64,000 nucleotides of DNA from assembly GCF_052425735.1 (NCBI RefSeq), contig NC_135771.1, forward strand, positions 3,534,001-3,598,000, given 5' to 3'. The stretch is from Oculina patagonica (lineage: Eukaryota). This document shows, piece after piece, positions 38,693 through 51,226 of this stretch (positions within the stretch are counted from its first letter, which is position 1; every line of letters starts with the position of its first letter). A program made the position numbers and the translations under genes. The notes beneath the pieces were generated by a model. The model was not told where the DNA came from and did no database searches. It saw nothing but the letters and a program-made list of their open reading frames with translations.

Positions 38693-40509
38693 AAAACTCC
38701 CCGCCCTCTAAAGATAAGTCCTTGACGGTTCTTGTCGTTTTTCGGTGCCTATATATTCATCTTCGGCATCTTTCTCATCCACCTCTCGTTCTGTCCTGTG
38801 TCTGTCATCACACGAAAGAAAAGCTGATTCTCAAAAAATCTGCCACAAAAGGAAATTGACAAAAACAATATGAAAACCATATATCGAAAGTTTCTTATTC
38901 TAAAATTTTATCATACGTCTTAATTCAGAGCTACAAAGAAGTTCCTCCTTTTGAGTTATTGATACTGTTCTTACAGTTTATATTAAAAATTAAATAAAAA
39001 CTTTATTAACCAATTTCTAAAAGAATTACAATGATTTGACTATTCGAATTAGAACTTTATATATATAAACATATTATTTACATAATAATAAAAACAGTGT
39101 CTTTAAAAATGTAGAAAAATAGTAAAAGCGACTTCGAGAGCAATAATAAAAGAAGAACTATATATTAAAAAAAATATTCGATCTAAATTGCAGTACGAGA
39201 ATTCTCTACTTGAAAGTCCATACCTCTTTCCACTAGCGAAATTTTACAAAATTCCTTCGCGGCGAAAAGGTAGCGCGAATCCAGAACAGACTCCAATCGA
39301 GAGTGGGTTAATTCTAGATTACTATTAATTAACTATTACAACATTCATTTTTAAAATAGTTTCCCAAGCCGACTAAGCTAACTAAACGTCGAGTGTATCT
39401 TTCAGTAAACAAAACATGCCGTTGTGACGCCGGAAATCCAGCTCACGCATACTATACCCCGTGACTCACGCAAACCTCCGACTTACGTGCTACTACAGTC
39501 ATTCCTTTCTAAACATTTTTTTTTTGACCACCACCGTACCTTTCTACCCAAAAAACTCATGAAACCGCCCGGTTTTAACCTGTTTTAACCTTTCAAAAAT
39601 TAGAGCGTTCGAAACTAAATAAGATCCGTAATCACAAACAACATACAGCCGTTTACCAGCACTCTTTAAAACTCCTGAAACCCTTCAAAATCAGGCAAAA
39701 TAAATCTTTGAAATAACCTTTATCAAAGTTTCTAATTTTTTATTCAGTTCTATAAAATGCCTTTCATACACTACTGTCAAACAAAAATTTCAATTTCCTC
39801 AAAGTTTCAAGACAAAAGAATAACAAATATTTCGTGCACAATGTAATTTGATTAAGCCAATATTATCACGTCTAAAAATACTTCAAGCAATTCAGTGAAA
39901 ACCCGTTTTTTTTTTTCGTATCAACGAAAACCACTTTCGAATAATCAATACATGAAAATAACAATAAGATCAAAAGGAAGAAAGGAACCTTTCTAATTAT
40001 TTGAAGACTTTCAAAGCCGTGATATTATGCATCCAATCCGAGATAAAATTTAATTACAACAAAATCCAAGTTCTCATTTTGAATTCCATTTTTTTCAGTT
40101 GATACCTTTATCCAACTTGTGAAAAATTCCATTCAAGTTCCTATTAATACTGTACATTCCCAATGTTTTGCTCAGGTCTTCAGAAGCGTCTTACTAACCA
40201 AATCTAAAATAATTCCAAAACATGCTGTACAAACATTCTACTCTTTGTGACAAACGACTTGACGACCAATTGTTCAGAAATGAAAATCGACACAGTTCTT
40301 GCTAAATAAAAAAAAAGTTTTACGGCGGAGTCAGGCTCAAAAAATATACCGCAAGATCACACCCCCATTCATAGTCAGAAACCAGCAAACCATCTAGTTT
40401 GCTAAAAAAAACAAACACTGCGTGACATCAATGACGTTACCTTTTTCATTTACAAAAATAACTTTAACTTGTCAAAGTAAGTGCAATTTCACAATGGTGA
40501 ATATCAGTA

Positions 40510-41926
40510 CAGTATGGGGCCCAGTTCTCGGCCACTTTGTGTTTAACGCGTTTTTTCACACTCCAGTTGAATCAAAAGAAAAAGGTATTTCCTTCAAACG
40601 ATAGACTGATTCATGTGCTTTAAGTATCTTGAGTTTGATCGTTCAATTCGATATAGAAAGCTCACACGTCGAGTTTACGCGGAGGTAGGTGAATTTGCAT
40701 TCCCAAAAAAGTTGTTTGTTTACGGCTCCAAATTCATGGATGTAGTTAAATTCGTATTTTATCCAAAAGCCCCCACCATACGAGCTAATTTTTGGCATGT
40801 GAAACGTAGAATAATTCAGCTTTCTGCTTTAGTTAACTTTTCGTTGAACCGTTGTATTTTTTGGTCTTAATTTACTTCGAAATTTTTTCTTGCGACGTTT
40901 GCGTATTTGCCAGTTCTCGGCCACCCTGCTCGCTATCACAGCTTAGCGCTTGGTTTTTAATATAATTTCATCTGCTGCTGCCAGAATGAAAGAAATAAAT
41001 GTTTTAAAAATAAAGTTCAATCTTATCTCTAAGTTTTGAGCTGACTCTTGTCTTGTCTATTATTTCTACAACACCTAAATCTTTCAAGACCTTTTCATTG
41101 CAAAATAAACCATCTAAATGCACGGGTCACACAATGCGGTTTTGCCAGAACCTGCACATAGGCAACTAGGCGCGTTAAAATCCTTCTTTTCTAAAGTAAA
41201 ACAAAGCATCATAAAAATAATTTGGGATCGATATAGTATAAATAGGTTTACAGAGTGATTTTATGACTGTGAAAATTAATTGAGCATTTTTTACAGATAA
41301 TTATGGACAAGCTTTTTAGTGGCCGAGAACTGGGCCAAGGTTGCCGAGAACTGGGCCCACAAATGGAGCTTTTATTTTTATTATTGCTCGGGCAAATTAA
41401 TTTTTGACCGGTCGATAGCTTTACACCAAAAAGCTGAATAATGTAGCTAGCTCTGGGAGAAATTTCAAGTTCCTGCAGTTCTTCTGAGGTAAGAAATACA
41501 AGTCAAAAGTGGCCGAGAACTGGGCCAAGGTGGCCGAGAACTGGGCCCACAAATGGAGCTTTTATTTTTATTATTGCTCGGGCAAATTAATTTTTGACCG
41601 GTCGATAGCTTTACAACAAAAAGCTGAATAATGTAGCTAGCTCTGGGAGAAATTTCAAGTTCCTGCGGTTCTTCTGAGGTAAGAAATACAAGTTTACGTC
41701 AAAAGTGGCCGAGAACTGGGCCAAGGTGGCCGAGAACTGGGCCCACAAATGGAGCTTTTATTTTTATTATTGCTCGGGCAAATTAATTTTTGACCGGTCG
41801 ATAGCTTTACACCAAAAAGCTGAATAATGTAGCTAGCTCTGGGAGAAATTTTAAGTTCCTGCGATTCTTCTGAGGTAAGAAATACAAGTTTACGTCAAAA
41901 GTGGCCGAGAACTGGGCCCCATACTG
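40510..41926. mobile_element. TA-flanked TIR element containing three tandem ~195-bp units
   Basis: TA|CAGTATGGGGCCCAGTTCTCGGCCACTTT...AAAGTGGCCGAGAACTGGGCCCCATACTG|TA; units start at 41318, 41508, 41704 (190, 196, 196 bp). Confidence 0.88.
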
Positions 41927-42764
41927 TACTTTGCCCCGTAAGCTTTTTTCTCTGTCCTTCCGCCGAAGCAAAAAAACACAACCTGATTACACATTAACCC
42001 AAAAGTCGACCAAGTGTGCCTGCAACGATTTCCTGTCAAAACTAAAATGAAAACCATTGCGGTATGCGTCACCCGTAGCGGTTTTGTAGCAACCCCGAGC
42101 TATCCCCGTCTTTTTGGCCGCGCCAGGAGACTACGCTCTAGGACGACCAAAGGGTAAACCTTAAATCGGCCACGCCCGATTAATAAAAAAAAAAAACGAA
42201 TAAAACGAGTCAAATATCAAGAATAACAGAAAAATTTCTAAACAAAATTACAAAAGAAAATAAAAAGACTAAAAAAGGGCATGCATTAGACCACATGTAT
42301 TAGATAACAGATGCTGTTAAAAATCTCAACTAAATGTGACAAAAAGATTCAAGATGAGACGAAGAAACATTTGAATTGCATTAAAAATTTTGAATCCTTA
42401 AAAGCCGTGAAAATACTGATGCCGTGATAAAATTTAATTAATTATACGCGCCGAAGGGCAAGTTTTCATTTTTGCCGTCTATTATTTCACACGATGGCTT
42501 TACCGATTTACATTCCATTCTAGTTTGAAGAAATTATTATATTATTACTTTGCATTTCCATTTTGTTTTGTGAGTTCTTGAAAAGTGTGCAAGTAAAGTT
42601 TTTACATCAAGAACAAAATAAGGTTCTTTTGTTGTGTAAACATTCAATTCGTCTGTGACACACGACTTTGTCGGCCCAACTGTACACGGATGGAAATAGA
42701 CAAAATGGACACAATTCTTGCTAAATGAAAAGCATCTTCAAAGTAGAGTCTGGAGCCGTTTTTA

Positions 42765-43831
42765 CAGTGCGACTACTCGAACCGGGGCACCCTGAACATT
42801 TTTAACCAATCACAGTGCTAATTGAAAACAAAGGATAGGGACATTTTTTGCAACGGACCAATAACGTTCTAGAACGTAAACAAAAGATTACCTACAAAAT
42901 TTGAACTGTCAACAACGTTTCAAACAGATGCGGACCTCTTAGGAAACTTGCCTTCTATTTGATTGGTTACTTTCGATCCTTAATTTTCACCGAGAGTACG
43001 GAATTTTTAGCGCTCGTTTTATTATTTCATCAAGACCGTGATCAAAAGTCTACATTCACAGGCTAAAAAATTCTTCAGAGTCTTCAGAGGAAATTTTCTG
43101 ATAAAATTAAATCGCTCTTCTTTGGTGTTAGCACAGTAAAGAAAAATGAGGAACGTTTTTAGACTTTTTTATTCACGACAAGCGACGACGCGTAAACGGG
43201 ATGGAATTGCATGTTGTGAGCAGAAATGAATAGAAACGTTCGAGATTTCATGTTTGAAAAGTCAGTTGCCTTCAACTCTTTTTTACATACTTGTGATTAT
43301 TTTTTGTATTTGACGAAAGACAAGACAAGAAAGATTTGGGATGCCGCCGGAGCGACAATTGACCTTGCATATGGGGGCAATTTTGCTATCCCCGCCGCTG
43401 GAAATAAGTTTTCAGTCTGTTGCAATTTTATAAAACCACAGAAAGATTGAAGACTCATTGAAGAAACGGAACAAATTCCTATTTTACGAAAAGCAATTTA
43501 CTTCAAAGTTATAACAGTAGCTAACAGAAAATGAGTCCGTGGACACGCAACAGTAATTCGACATAATGTTTATAAACATTTCACCGCGAGAACTCCATGA
43601 CCTTTGGAAAACTAAGGATCGAAACTAACCAATCAAATAGAAGGCAAGTTTCCTGAGAGGTCCGCATCTGTTTGTAACGTTGTTGACAGTTTAAATTTTG
43701 CAGGTAATCTTTTGTTTACGTTCTAGAACGTTATTGGTCCGTTGCAAAAAAATGTCCCTATCCTTTGTTTTCAATCAACACTGTGATTGGTTAAAAATGT
43801 TCAGGGTGCCCCGGTTCGAGTAGTCGCACTG
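42765..43831. mobile_element. TA-flanked element with ~215-bp TIRs
   Basis: CAGTGCGACTACTCGAACCGGGGCACCCTGAAC... is mirrored at 43612-43831; it interrupts one copy of an ~860-bp tandem unit. Confidence 0.9.
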
Positions 43832-44966
43832 TAAATGCAGGGGCTTGCTGCAAAAACATTGCGTGACTGATGTAAAAAAAGCTTCGACCTCAGCGACCTG
43901 TCGAAACAATCACCGGTTTCGGACTCCAGTACTCGCTTGAGTCGAAAGCTTGAATAAAAACATAAAAATATATCTTTCACGTTTAACAGAAATCGGGGTA
44001 TTAGATAAATTTTAATTGCTCCTGCTGAGTAAATATCAAAAGTGCGGGATCTGAATCCTGGCCAAGAAAGCGGCCGAGTGAACTACTACGACAAATAACG
44101 CAAATATGTAAACATCAGCATGGTGCCTCAATCTATTAATAGATGCCGTGTTCGTTTCAAAAGCCTAAAAAGGCAACTATTAAATACAAACGTGAAAAAA
44201 TAAAAAAGAAACATGAAAACGTTTTAGATGAAATTTTATTCAAGATGGGGTCAAGAAACATTTTAAAAGGCAAAAAGATTTAGAAAATTTCAAAAACGTG
44301 AAATTTTGCATGCCGTGGTAGAATTTAATTACATGTATTAAATTACCCGCGCCAAGATTTCATTTTCATTTTGCAGACCATTTGTTTTACTTGCTGGCTT
44401 TGCGGATCCCTTCACAAATACCATCATAGTTCGTAGAAATACTATACATTACCATTTTGTTGACTGAAGTCGTGGGAAGTGTGTAAGTAAAGCTTTTACA
44501 TCGAGAACAATTATTTCGCTGTGCAAACATTCAATCGTCTCTGATACGCGACATTGCCGGCTCAACTGTACACGGATGAAAATGGACACAATTTTTTCTA
44601 TTAAATGAAGAGCATCTTCAAAGTATTCCGGCTCAAAAATTATCTGGCTACCAGCCCTTTTTTAAAAGCAGTTATGCGTGAAGCTTGCTGCAAAATCATT
44701 GCGTGACGGACGAAGCAGTTTTCAAAAAAAAAAAAAAAAAAAATTGCTTGGACGTGTCAAAAAAATCACCGGTTTCGCAAACCAGTACTCAAACGCTTTA
44801 ATAACACAAAAATATATATTTCACGCTTAAGAGAATTGAGGGTATTAGATAAAATTTAAAATAGGAGAGTGATTTAATAGCTTCTGCCGAGTAAACATCA
44901 AGGGTGCGTGATTTGAATCCTGGCCAAGAAAGTGGCCGAGCGGGTCTGGAACGATCTACCGACAAG

Positions 44967-45022
<56 letters not shown>
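44967..45022. repeat. (ACT)n microsatellite, ~18 units
   Basis: Read directly from the sequence. Confidence 0.95.
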
Positions 45023-46034
45023 GACGAAAAAATTCCGGGCGATTTATGAACCGGGCCGGCCCAGTCTCCCCGCCCGGTTAAAAATCCATTAAAAACAATT
45101 TTGACATCAACGTTACCTAAGGCGAATTCTATTTACATGTTTCTATTTTTGGCGTCATAAAGGCCTATACCAATTTTATTCGCAAAATCCTCATTCGGTG
45201 TGCATGTGATATCAGTTTTATAAAGCAGTTGAAAATCACACTGTATACGTTTTTTTGGTAGCTCAGTACTATATATAGAGAGTGAATATATTTTTTAGTT
45301 GTCTTGGTATATAAGCAGGAAATTACTGTCTTGCCCCGGATGTATTGGCGAGTAAGGACATGCACAGGTCTAATGAATTACCGTCGGGGGTGAAAAGAAA
45401 AGTAATAATGAACATTTAGAGGATTCAACGACCCGGAATAATGAAAAGTTAAGTTCCGATTATGGAAAAATGGATAACACGTATGTTTTCGGAATTAATT
45501 GCATAAACGAAGTTCATGTTTGATTTATTATACATTCTAGCTCCCTAAGCGCTCAGTGGCTTACTTAGAACGTAAAGTAAGTTTGGTTGGAACGCACATG
45601 TTCTTTTTGCAAAACTCATCAAAAAGTGGGGTTGATGTGATAGACTGAGGGCCTAATTTTGCTCATAGAGGGCAGTCCCTCTTCTCTTTGGTTCTCTTGT
45701 TACCCTTGGTGTGAGAGGGGGCCATGCAAAAACTGGGGGCGAGCTTTGAACATCAATCTATCAACTTAGGGTGAAGACAATCTCGCGTTCCTTTTGGTCG
45801 GCACAAAAAATCGAGACCTCTGGTCTAGACTGAGAGCCCGCCAAAAACATGGTCAAAACTGATTGGCTGTTTAACCCTTGTTCATTTCATACACAATCTC
45901 TGGCGTACGCGCACAATCAAACCTGAACCAGGAATTACTGGTTCCGGGTTTTTGAGGCCGTTACGACGAATTTCACAGACGTGTTATGGAGACCTTCAAC
46001 TGAAGGAATGGAGGAGTACCTCTCCCTTGGGTTT

Positions 46035-46542
46035 TACCTTATTATAGGAAATTAACGCTTGTGTTAATTAAGGTGTTTGAAATTAACGTGACTTAAATTA
46101 ACGCCAATTCAAGGAAAAATTACTTCCCAATAAAAGAAATTAACGCGAAAGAGGGGGTTAAATTTCAAAATTAAAGAAATTAAGGCGATGTACACAAAGA
46201 AAAAACTTATTGAGAAAACAGGAAAAAGTTTATTCAACACTAGGTGTATAATCTAGGGTTCAAGTGAATGAATCTGGCTGCTTCGAGCGTTCTTCACAGT
46301 TTCAGTAAAACCGGCAGACTTCCACCCTGTCAAAAATATGCTTTCTCCTTAGAGTCAAGAACGTCTGGACCGTATCGTTAAAATGGGGCCAAAATAATGG
46401 AAATTAAGGTCATGGAAATTAACGCTCCACTTAAATAACGGCGCGGATATTAACGATAAGAAAAATTAACGCGACTTAAATTAACGTAAATTTTTGAAAT
46501 TCGCGTTAATTTCATGTAGCGTTAACTTCCTATAATAAGGTA
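46035..46542. mobile_element. MITE with TACCTTATTATAGGAA TIRs and internal AATTAACG repeats
   Basis: TACCTTATTATAGGAA...TTCCTATAATAAGGTA. Confidence 0.75.
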
Positions 46543-49500
46543 AATCAAAATTGTTTTAAGTGTCCAAATTAGTGTTCTAAAGCTGATCTCGCGAAAACAG
46601 CTATACAAAGGAACTCTGCTAGTTGTCGAAAAAAAACTTATCTTTGGGCTCCTGTGGGAAGCAAGAGCCTGAGACTGCAATTTGGTCATGTACTGTTTTA
46701 CACCAACCGCTGAGACAACACTTCGCAGCACCATTTTTTTTCGTGACACAATGCGTGACCTGCAAGTCTAGATTTTTCGATACGTTCCGTCTTTCCTATC
46801 TCGGAAAATTCGATGCAAATATAGAGTTATTGTTATGTCGTATGATAAGCGCCATTCGACTTTTAACGAGATCTTTCGTTGCCTTACAGGTGCCAGTTTT
46901 AAGTTGCTGTCACTGTAGATCTAAATAGATATCACATTTGATATCAAAGGCTCCAGTGTACTGTTTTCTCATTGCATCTGGTACGATGCAGTGAATGCTT
47001 CAATTGACATCCTTTGTTGGCTGGTAACAAAAAGTGCAACGGTAAGTGCTTATTTCTCGTTTTTTTCTATCCATCGATAACTGACCATGACCACAAAATC
47101 AGTTTCTTTTACCATGTTTACGTTAACGTTTTCGCGCTTTCAAAGTATTAAAATGGTGTATTGGTATTCTTAATTTAAAGGGAACTCTTACTCAGTAAAA
47201 AGATAAGCGTACATTATCGTGTGAAAGGACAGCATGAACATATTCCGCCCTTAACTGACGGTCGAAAATTTAGCGTAACAAAACTGTTACCAGTCGTCAA
47301 GTAGACTTTCAGAGTGCAGTTGCGACGTGAAACAAGGCCCGCGGCAAAAGTTGACATTACTTGGGCCTTTTTCGTTTTACCATGCCCCGGTCTTGGATAC
47401 ATAGACCCTGAAAGGGTTGCCTTTAAAAGAGAATTATTTTATAAGTAACTGCTTGTACGCGAATTGGATTTATGAAAAAAAAAGTAAAAGGACGTATTGC
47501 GTGAGTTTTTGGTTCAATTAAAATCACCAAAATGTTAAATATTAATTAACACTTGTCGCGGCCACAAGTTAACGATCCTTATTTACCCGTGGGAAAATAT
47601 CACTTAGTAAACGCTGTATAGGATTTAATCAAAAATTTAGCCAAGAGACCATAAGTCTTCTCGAAACGTCATTCTAAAGACAAGCAGATTCATTTTATCT
47701 AAATTATGCTTTATGTTTTCCTGTCAAAATTGGTTCGTTCTGGAAAAGCCTTGGATATTTTTTTTTTACGCTGGCCTAGTTTTTTTTTTTGTACCTTCTA
47801 GTCTTCTTATAAAAAGCGACCTTTTGTAGATAGAGAAAAATAGTGGTTTGATTGATGAAACGTTTAACGTATTAGCCCATTTGGTCTTGTGACAAATTAA
47901 CATATTTCATTAAAATGTGCTTAGCTAGTAGGTAAAACCCAGATAATAATAAGCAGCTTAGATTTATATGACTGTTTGGAAAAAACTGGGCGATAAACAG
48001 TCCGAGGACTGCCCAATTTAATTGGCAGCACGAAGAATTTTTTGAATCCATTTATTTCCCAAATTAGACGGAGCATAGCCGTATTCGGGACCACAAAATA
48101 ATTGGACGCTGCTTCAATGGCTTTTTTACACTTTCAATATAATTAATGTCCAGGTCTTATAATCGACATTTTAAGCTATAGGAATAACAGAATAATAGTT
48201 TTTCAGCCCTTTTGCAAAATGAATTTTTTTTCACGGTTTTTGGGTACTGCTAATTAACGGAAGAGAAAGATCCTTCGAAAAAACTGTAACGAGTGTAATG
48301 TAACAAAGTGCTTTCTCTTTAAATAATATGTAAAAAAAAAACACACGAAAACCCTTGGTTTATAATAAGCAAAAAGTGTTTAGACTCAGGTGTCTATGCT
48401 GATGACCCAGATTCTTCGCAAACGGATGTAATTTTTCTCAATAACCCATTTCAGAGCCAAAACTACTTCAAAAACAATCATACTCGCCCGAGGGTCTTCC
48501 CCATTTCTTTTTTTGAAACCGTGGCAACCGTACCATTTTAGTCCAAAGCTAGAAACACGAAGTTCTCCTTTTTAACTGCAGTCAAAATTCTGCTAAAAAA
48601 ATTGCGAGAAGCTGTATTACTGACTGATAGTGTCTTTCTCATAACGCTGTGCAATAAAAATATATTCATTCTCCAAGACTCATTTTAATAGGCCTTTAAT
48701 ATCACGGTTTTCAGCCTTTAGTTATGTTTTTAATTTCCCATACATGGTCTGTATTTTCTCTGCAGATTTACGTTCCTGTTCGCTGAGTTGACGCGGTTCG
48801 CGGGAAAAATTATAGCGGCAAATGTATGGGAAATTAAAAACGTAACTGAATGCTTTCTAGCCCCACTAAATCCTTCCTTCTTGGCGAATAAAAACTTTCG
48901 CCTAATATCTTAACTTTACAATTCATAAGTTGTCTAGAATTTAATTTTTGTAAAAGATATTTGCCGTCGGATTCCCATACAAACACTGTAATTTCTATCC
49001 GCTTTGCCTACTCGTCAAGATGGCGTCGAAAACCGTGATGTCCGTGATAAGGCCTATTGGTTTTCTAGTGCTAAGTGATAAATACTGCTGGGTGAGAGAG
49101 AGGCAGGAAGGGAGGGAGGAAGGAAAAGAAAAGTGCTGAATGTACAAACCAGGTTGTCTGAGAGTGTGGAAGATCGATGAATAACACTGAAAAACAAAAC
49201 TACCTTACGATGCAGAACATTATCATATAAATTGGAAAGTTTAATAGGAGACCAACAATTCCCACTTCCTTTAATACCGAATAAAAATTTTAAGTAGGTC
49301 TGATAAAAACACATTAATGGCTAATATGCATTGTTTTTCGTAAGATTAATATCCACCTCACACACTTTAACGACTCACAGATATTGTATTTTTTTTTAAA
49401 AAAAATTGAAAATTTTACATATCAGTCTTTTGCCCTTTATCAGACAAATATCCGTCAGGTTAAATTTTCTTCGCTGCCTTGTCAATCTTCGGACGGTGCG

Positions 49501-49823
49501 TTAAGATTATCGGTTTATTCAGCACACAAGACCCTACTGTGAATTTTACTTGCACCGGTACTGGCTAAACCTCAGAAACAGTTTCACAGATTGTAACAAA
49601 AATAATTTGGACAAGACAAACGCGATCGACCACTTTTACTCTCAGCCGAGGCGTTCCAAAATTTATTTGTAAGGAGACCAAGAAAATGATTGTTCTTTAC
49701 AAGGTTATCGCATATCGCCAGTAAAAAATCTATAAGAGTCACTGGCTTTAAAAATTTTAATTATTATTTTTTCTTTCTTTCTCGTTTTCAAGGACTCAAC
49801 ATTAATATTTAACTGCAAAAAAG

Positions 49824-50813
49824 ATGTCTGACCTCAAAAACAGAAGCGGAGGACTAGAACCTGGGGAAGCCTTCAGCAAGCCGGTTTATTACGTCATCGC
49901 GGGTGTGTACGCGCTTCTCGCTGTCACAGCACTCAGTCTGAACACGCTCGTGCTTGTCGCGTTCGTTAGAGACCGCACTCTTCGCACGCCCTCCAACAGG
50001 CTGATTTTTAGCATAGCCGTCGGTGATTGGCTACATTCAGTGCTGGCATATCCCTTGGGAGTGGTCAGGAATGCGTCACAAAGTTGGCGCATGAGCGGTG
50101 CAACATGCACGTGGTACGCCTTCATTACAAGTTTCCTATCATTCAGCATCATATTACACTACGCTGTATTCTCTGTAGAGCGAGCTATCACCATTAATTA
50201 CTCCGAGACCCGGTTCTCCATTAAACGAAAGCTCAATTTCGTCATTGGCGGACTTTGGACATTCGCCTTGCTTTGGAGCCTTTTCCCACTGTTCGGTTGG
50301 TCAGCGTACGTTCCTGAAGGCGCAGGCGTGTTTTGTTCAATTCGCTGGCAATCTTCCCGCCCACGTGACATTGTTTTTATAGCATGTATATTCTTGTTCT
50401 TCTTTTTCGTACCCATCGTTGTCATGGTCATCGCTTACTCTTCGATTTACCTCAATATGAGGAAAATGACTCGAAATGCGCATGGCATGTGGGGTGAGGA
50501 CGCTGCTCCTACTGTGGAAGCTATTCAAGCAGAAAGAAAGACCGCACGCATGGCATTTATGATGTCAATTTGCTTCTTATTTGCATGGACACCGTATGCC
50601 GTGGTTTCACTGTATGCTATCATACTAATGCCGGAGAATATTTCCCCGGTGGTGGCCACCCTACCCTCACTGTTTGCCAAAACGGCGACGTGTTATAATC
50701 CAGTTATTTACTTCCTGTTGTACAAGAAATTCCGGGATAGCCTGGGGCAGACATTACGATCATTATGTGGACGCTTTATGAAACAAGACTCAAGTGCCTT
50801 AAACTGGCTGTAG
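49824..50813 (+). CDS. Opsin (cnidarian/anthozoan type), intronless CDS, 329 aa
   Basis: 7TM class A GPCR: LRTPSN, YVPEGAGVFCSIRW, FLFAWTPYAVVS, PSLFAK(286)TATCYNPVIY with the retinal-binding Lys (bovine K296 equivalent). A splice acceptor at 49791-49792 suggests a 5' UTR intron. Confidence 0.95.
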   Translation: MSDLKNRSGGLEPGEAFSKPVYYVIAGVYALLAVTALSLNTLVLVAFVRDRTLRTPSNRLIFSIAVGDWLHSVLAYPLGVVRNASQSWRMSGATCTWYAFITSFLSFSIILHYAVFSVERAITINYSETRFSIKRKLNFVIGGLWTFALLWSLFPLFGWSAYVPEGAGVFCSIRWQSSRPRDIVFIACIFLFFFFVPIVVMVIAYSSIYLNMRKMTRNAHGMWGEDAAPTVEAIQAERKTARMAFMMSICFLFAWTPYAVVSLYAIILMPENISPVVATLPSLFAKTATCYNPVIYFLLYKKFRDSLGQTLRSLCGRFMKQDSSALNWL

Positions 50814-50944
50814 CATTCATGTTTCTAGCTCAGAGATTTTTCCCGACAGCTAACTTTCAAATAAAATTAGAATACGATGTATTTAATGTGTACGTACGTA
50901 GGACTACCGGCTTTGAGAGGGACTGCGTACACGTGGTAAGCCTT

Positions 50945-51226
50945 AGCCCCGTCCACACTATAAATACGTTTCCAATGATGCGTTTTCGCCTATCGTTTAA
51001 ACTACAACGATCGAAAACGCTCATTGTTTTCGTTGAAAACGCATACTTTTAAAAACGCTTCTCAGAGTGGACACATTTGAAAACTAAGCCCTATCGTTTC
51101 AGTGTGGACGGTGAAAAAGGAGGCCTTTCGTCTTTGGTTGATCTGATTTATCGCCTTTCGTCGATCCTATCAGTGTGGACGATATGCAAAACGCCGCAAC
51201 GAAAACGCATTAGTGTGGACGGGGCC
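50945..51226. mobile_element. PIF/Harbinger-like MITE 3' of the opsin
   Basis: TIR GCCCCGTCCACACTA / TAGTGTGGACGGGGC. Confidence 0.8.

Noticed and set aside
31500-49700. Protein-coding genes or further SelP paralogues in the spacer
   Set aside because: Only short ORFs in repeats or AT-rich DNA; no transposase, reverse transcriptase or SelP motifs seen. Isolated donor-like sites (34771, 47042) may be UTR exons but cannot be assigned.
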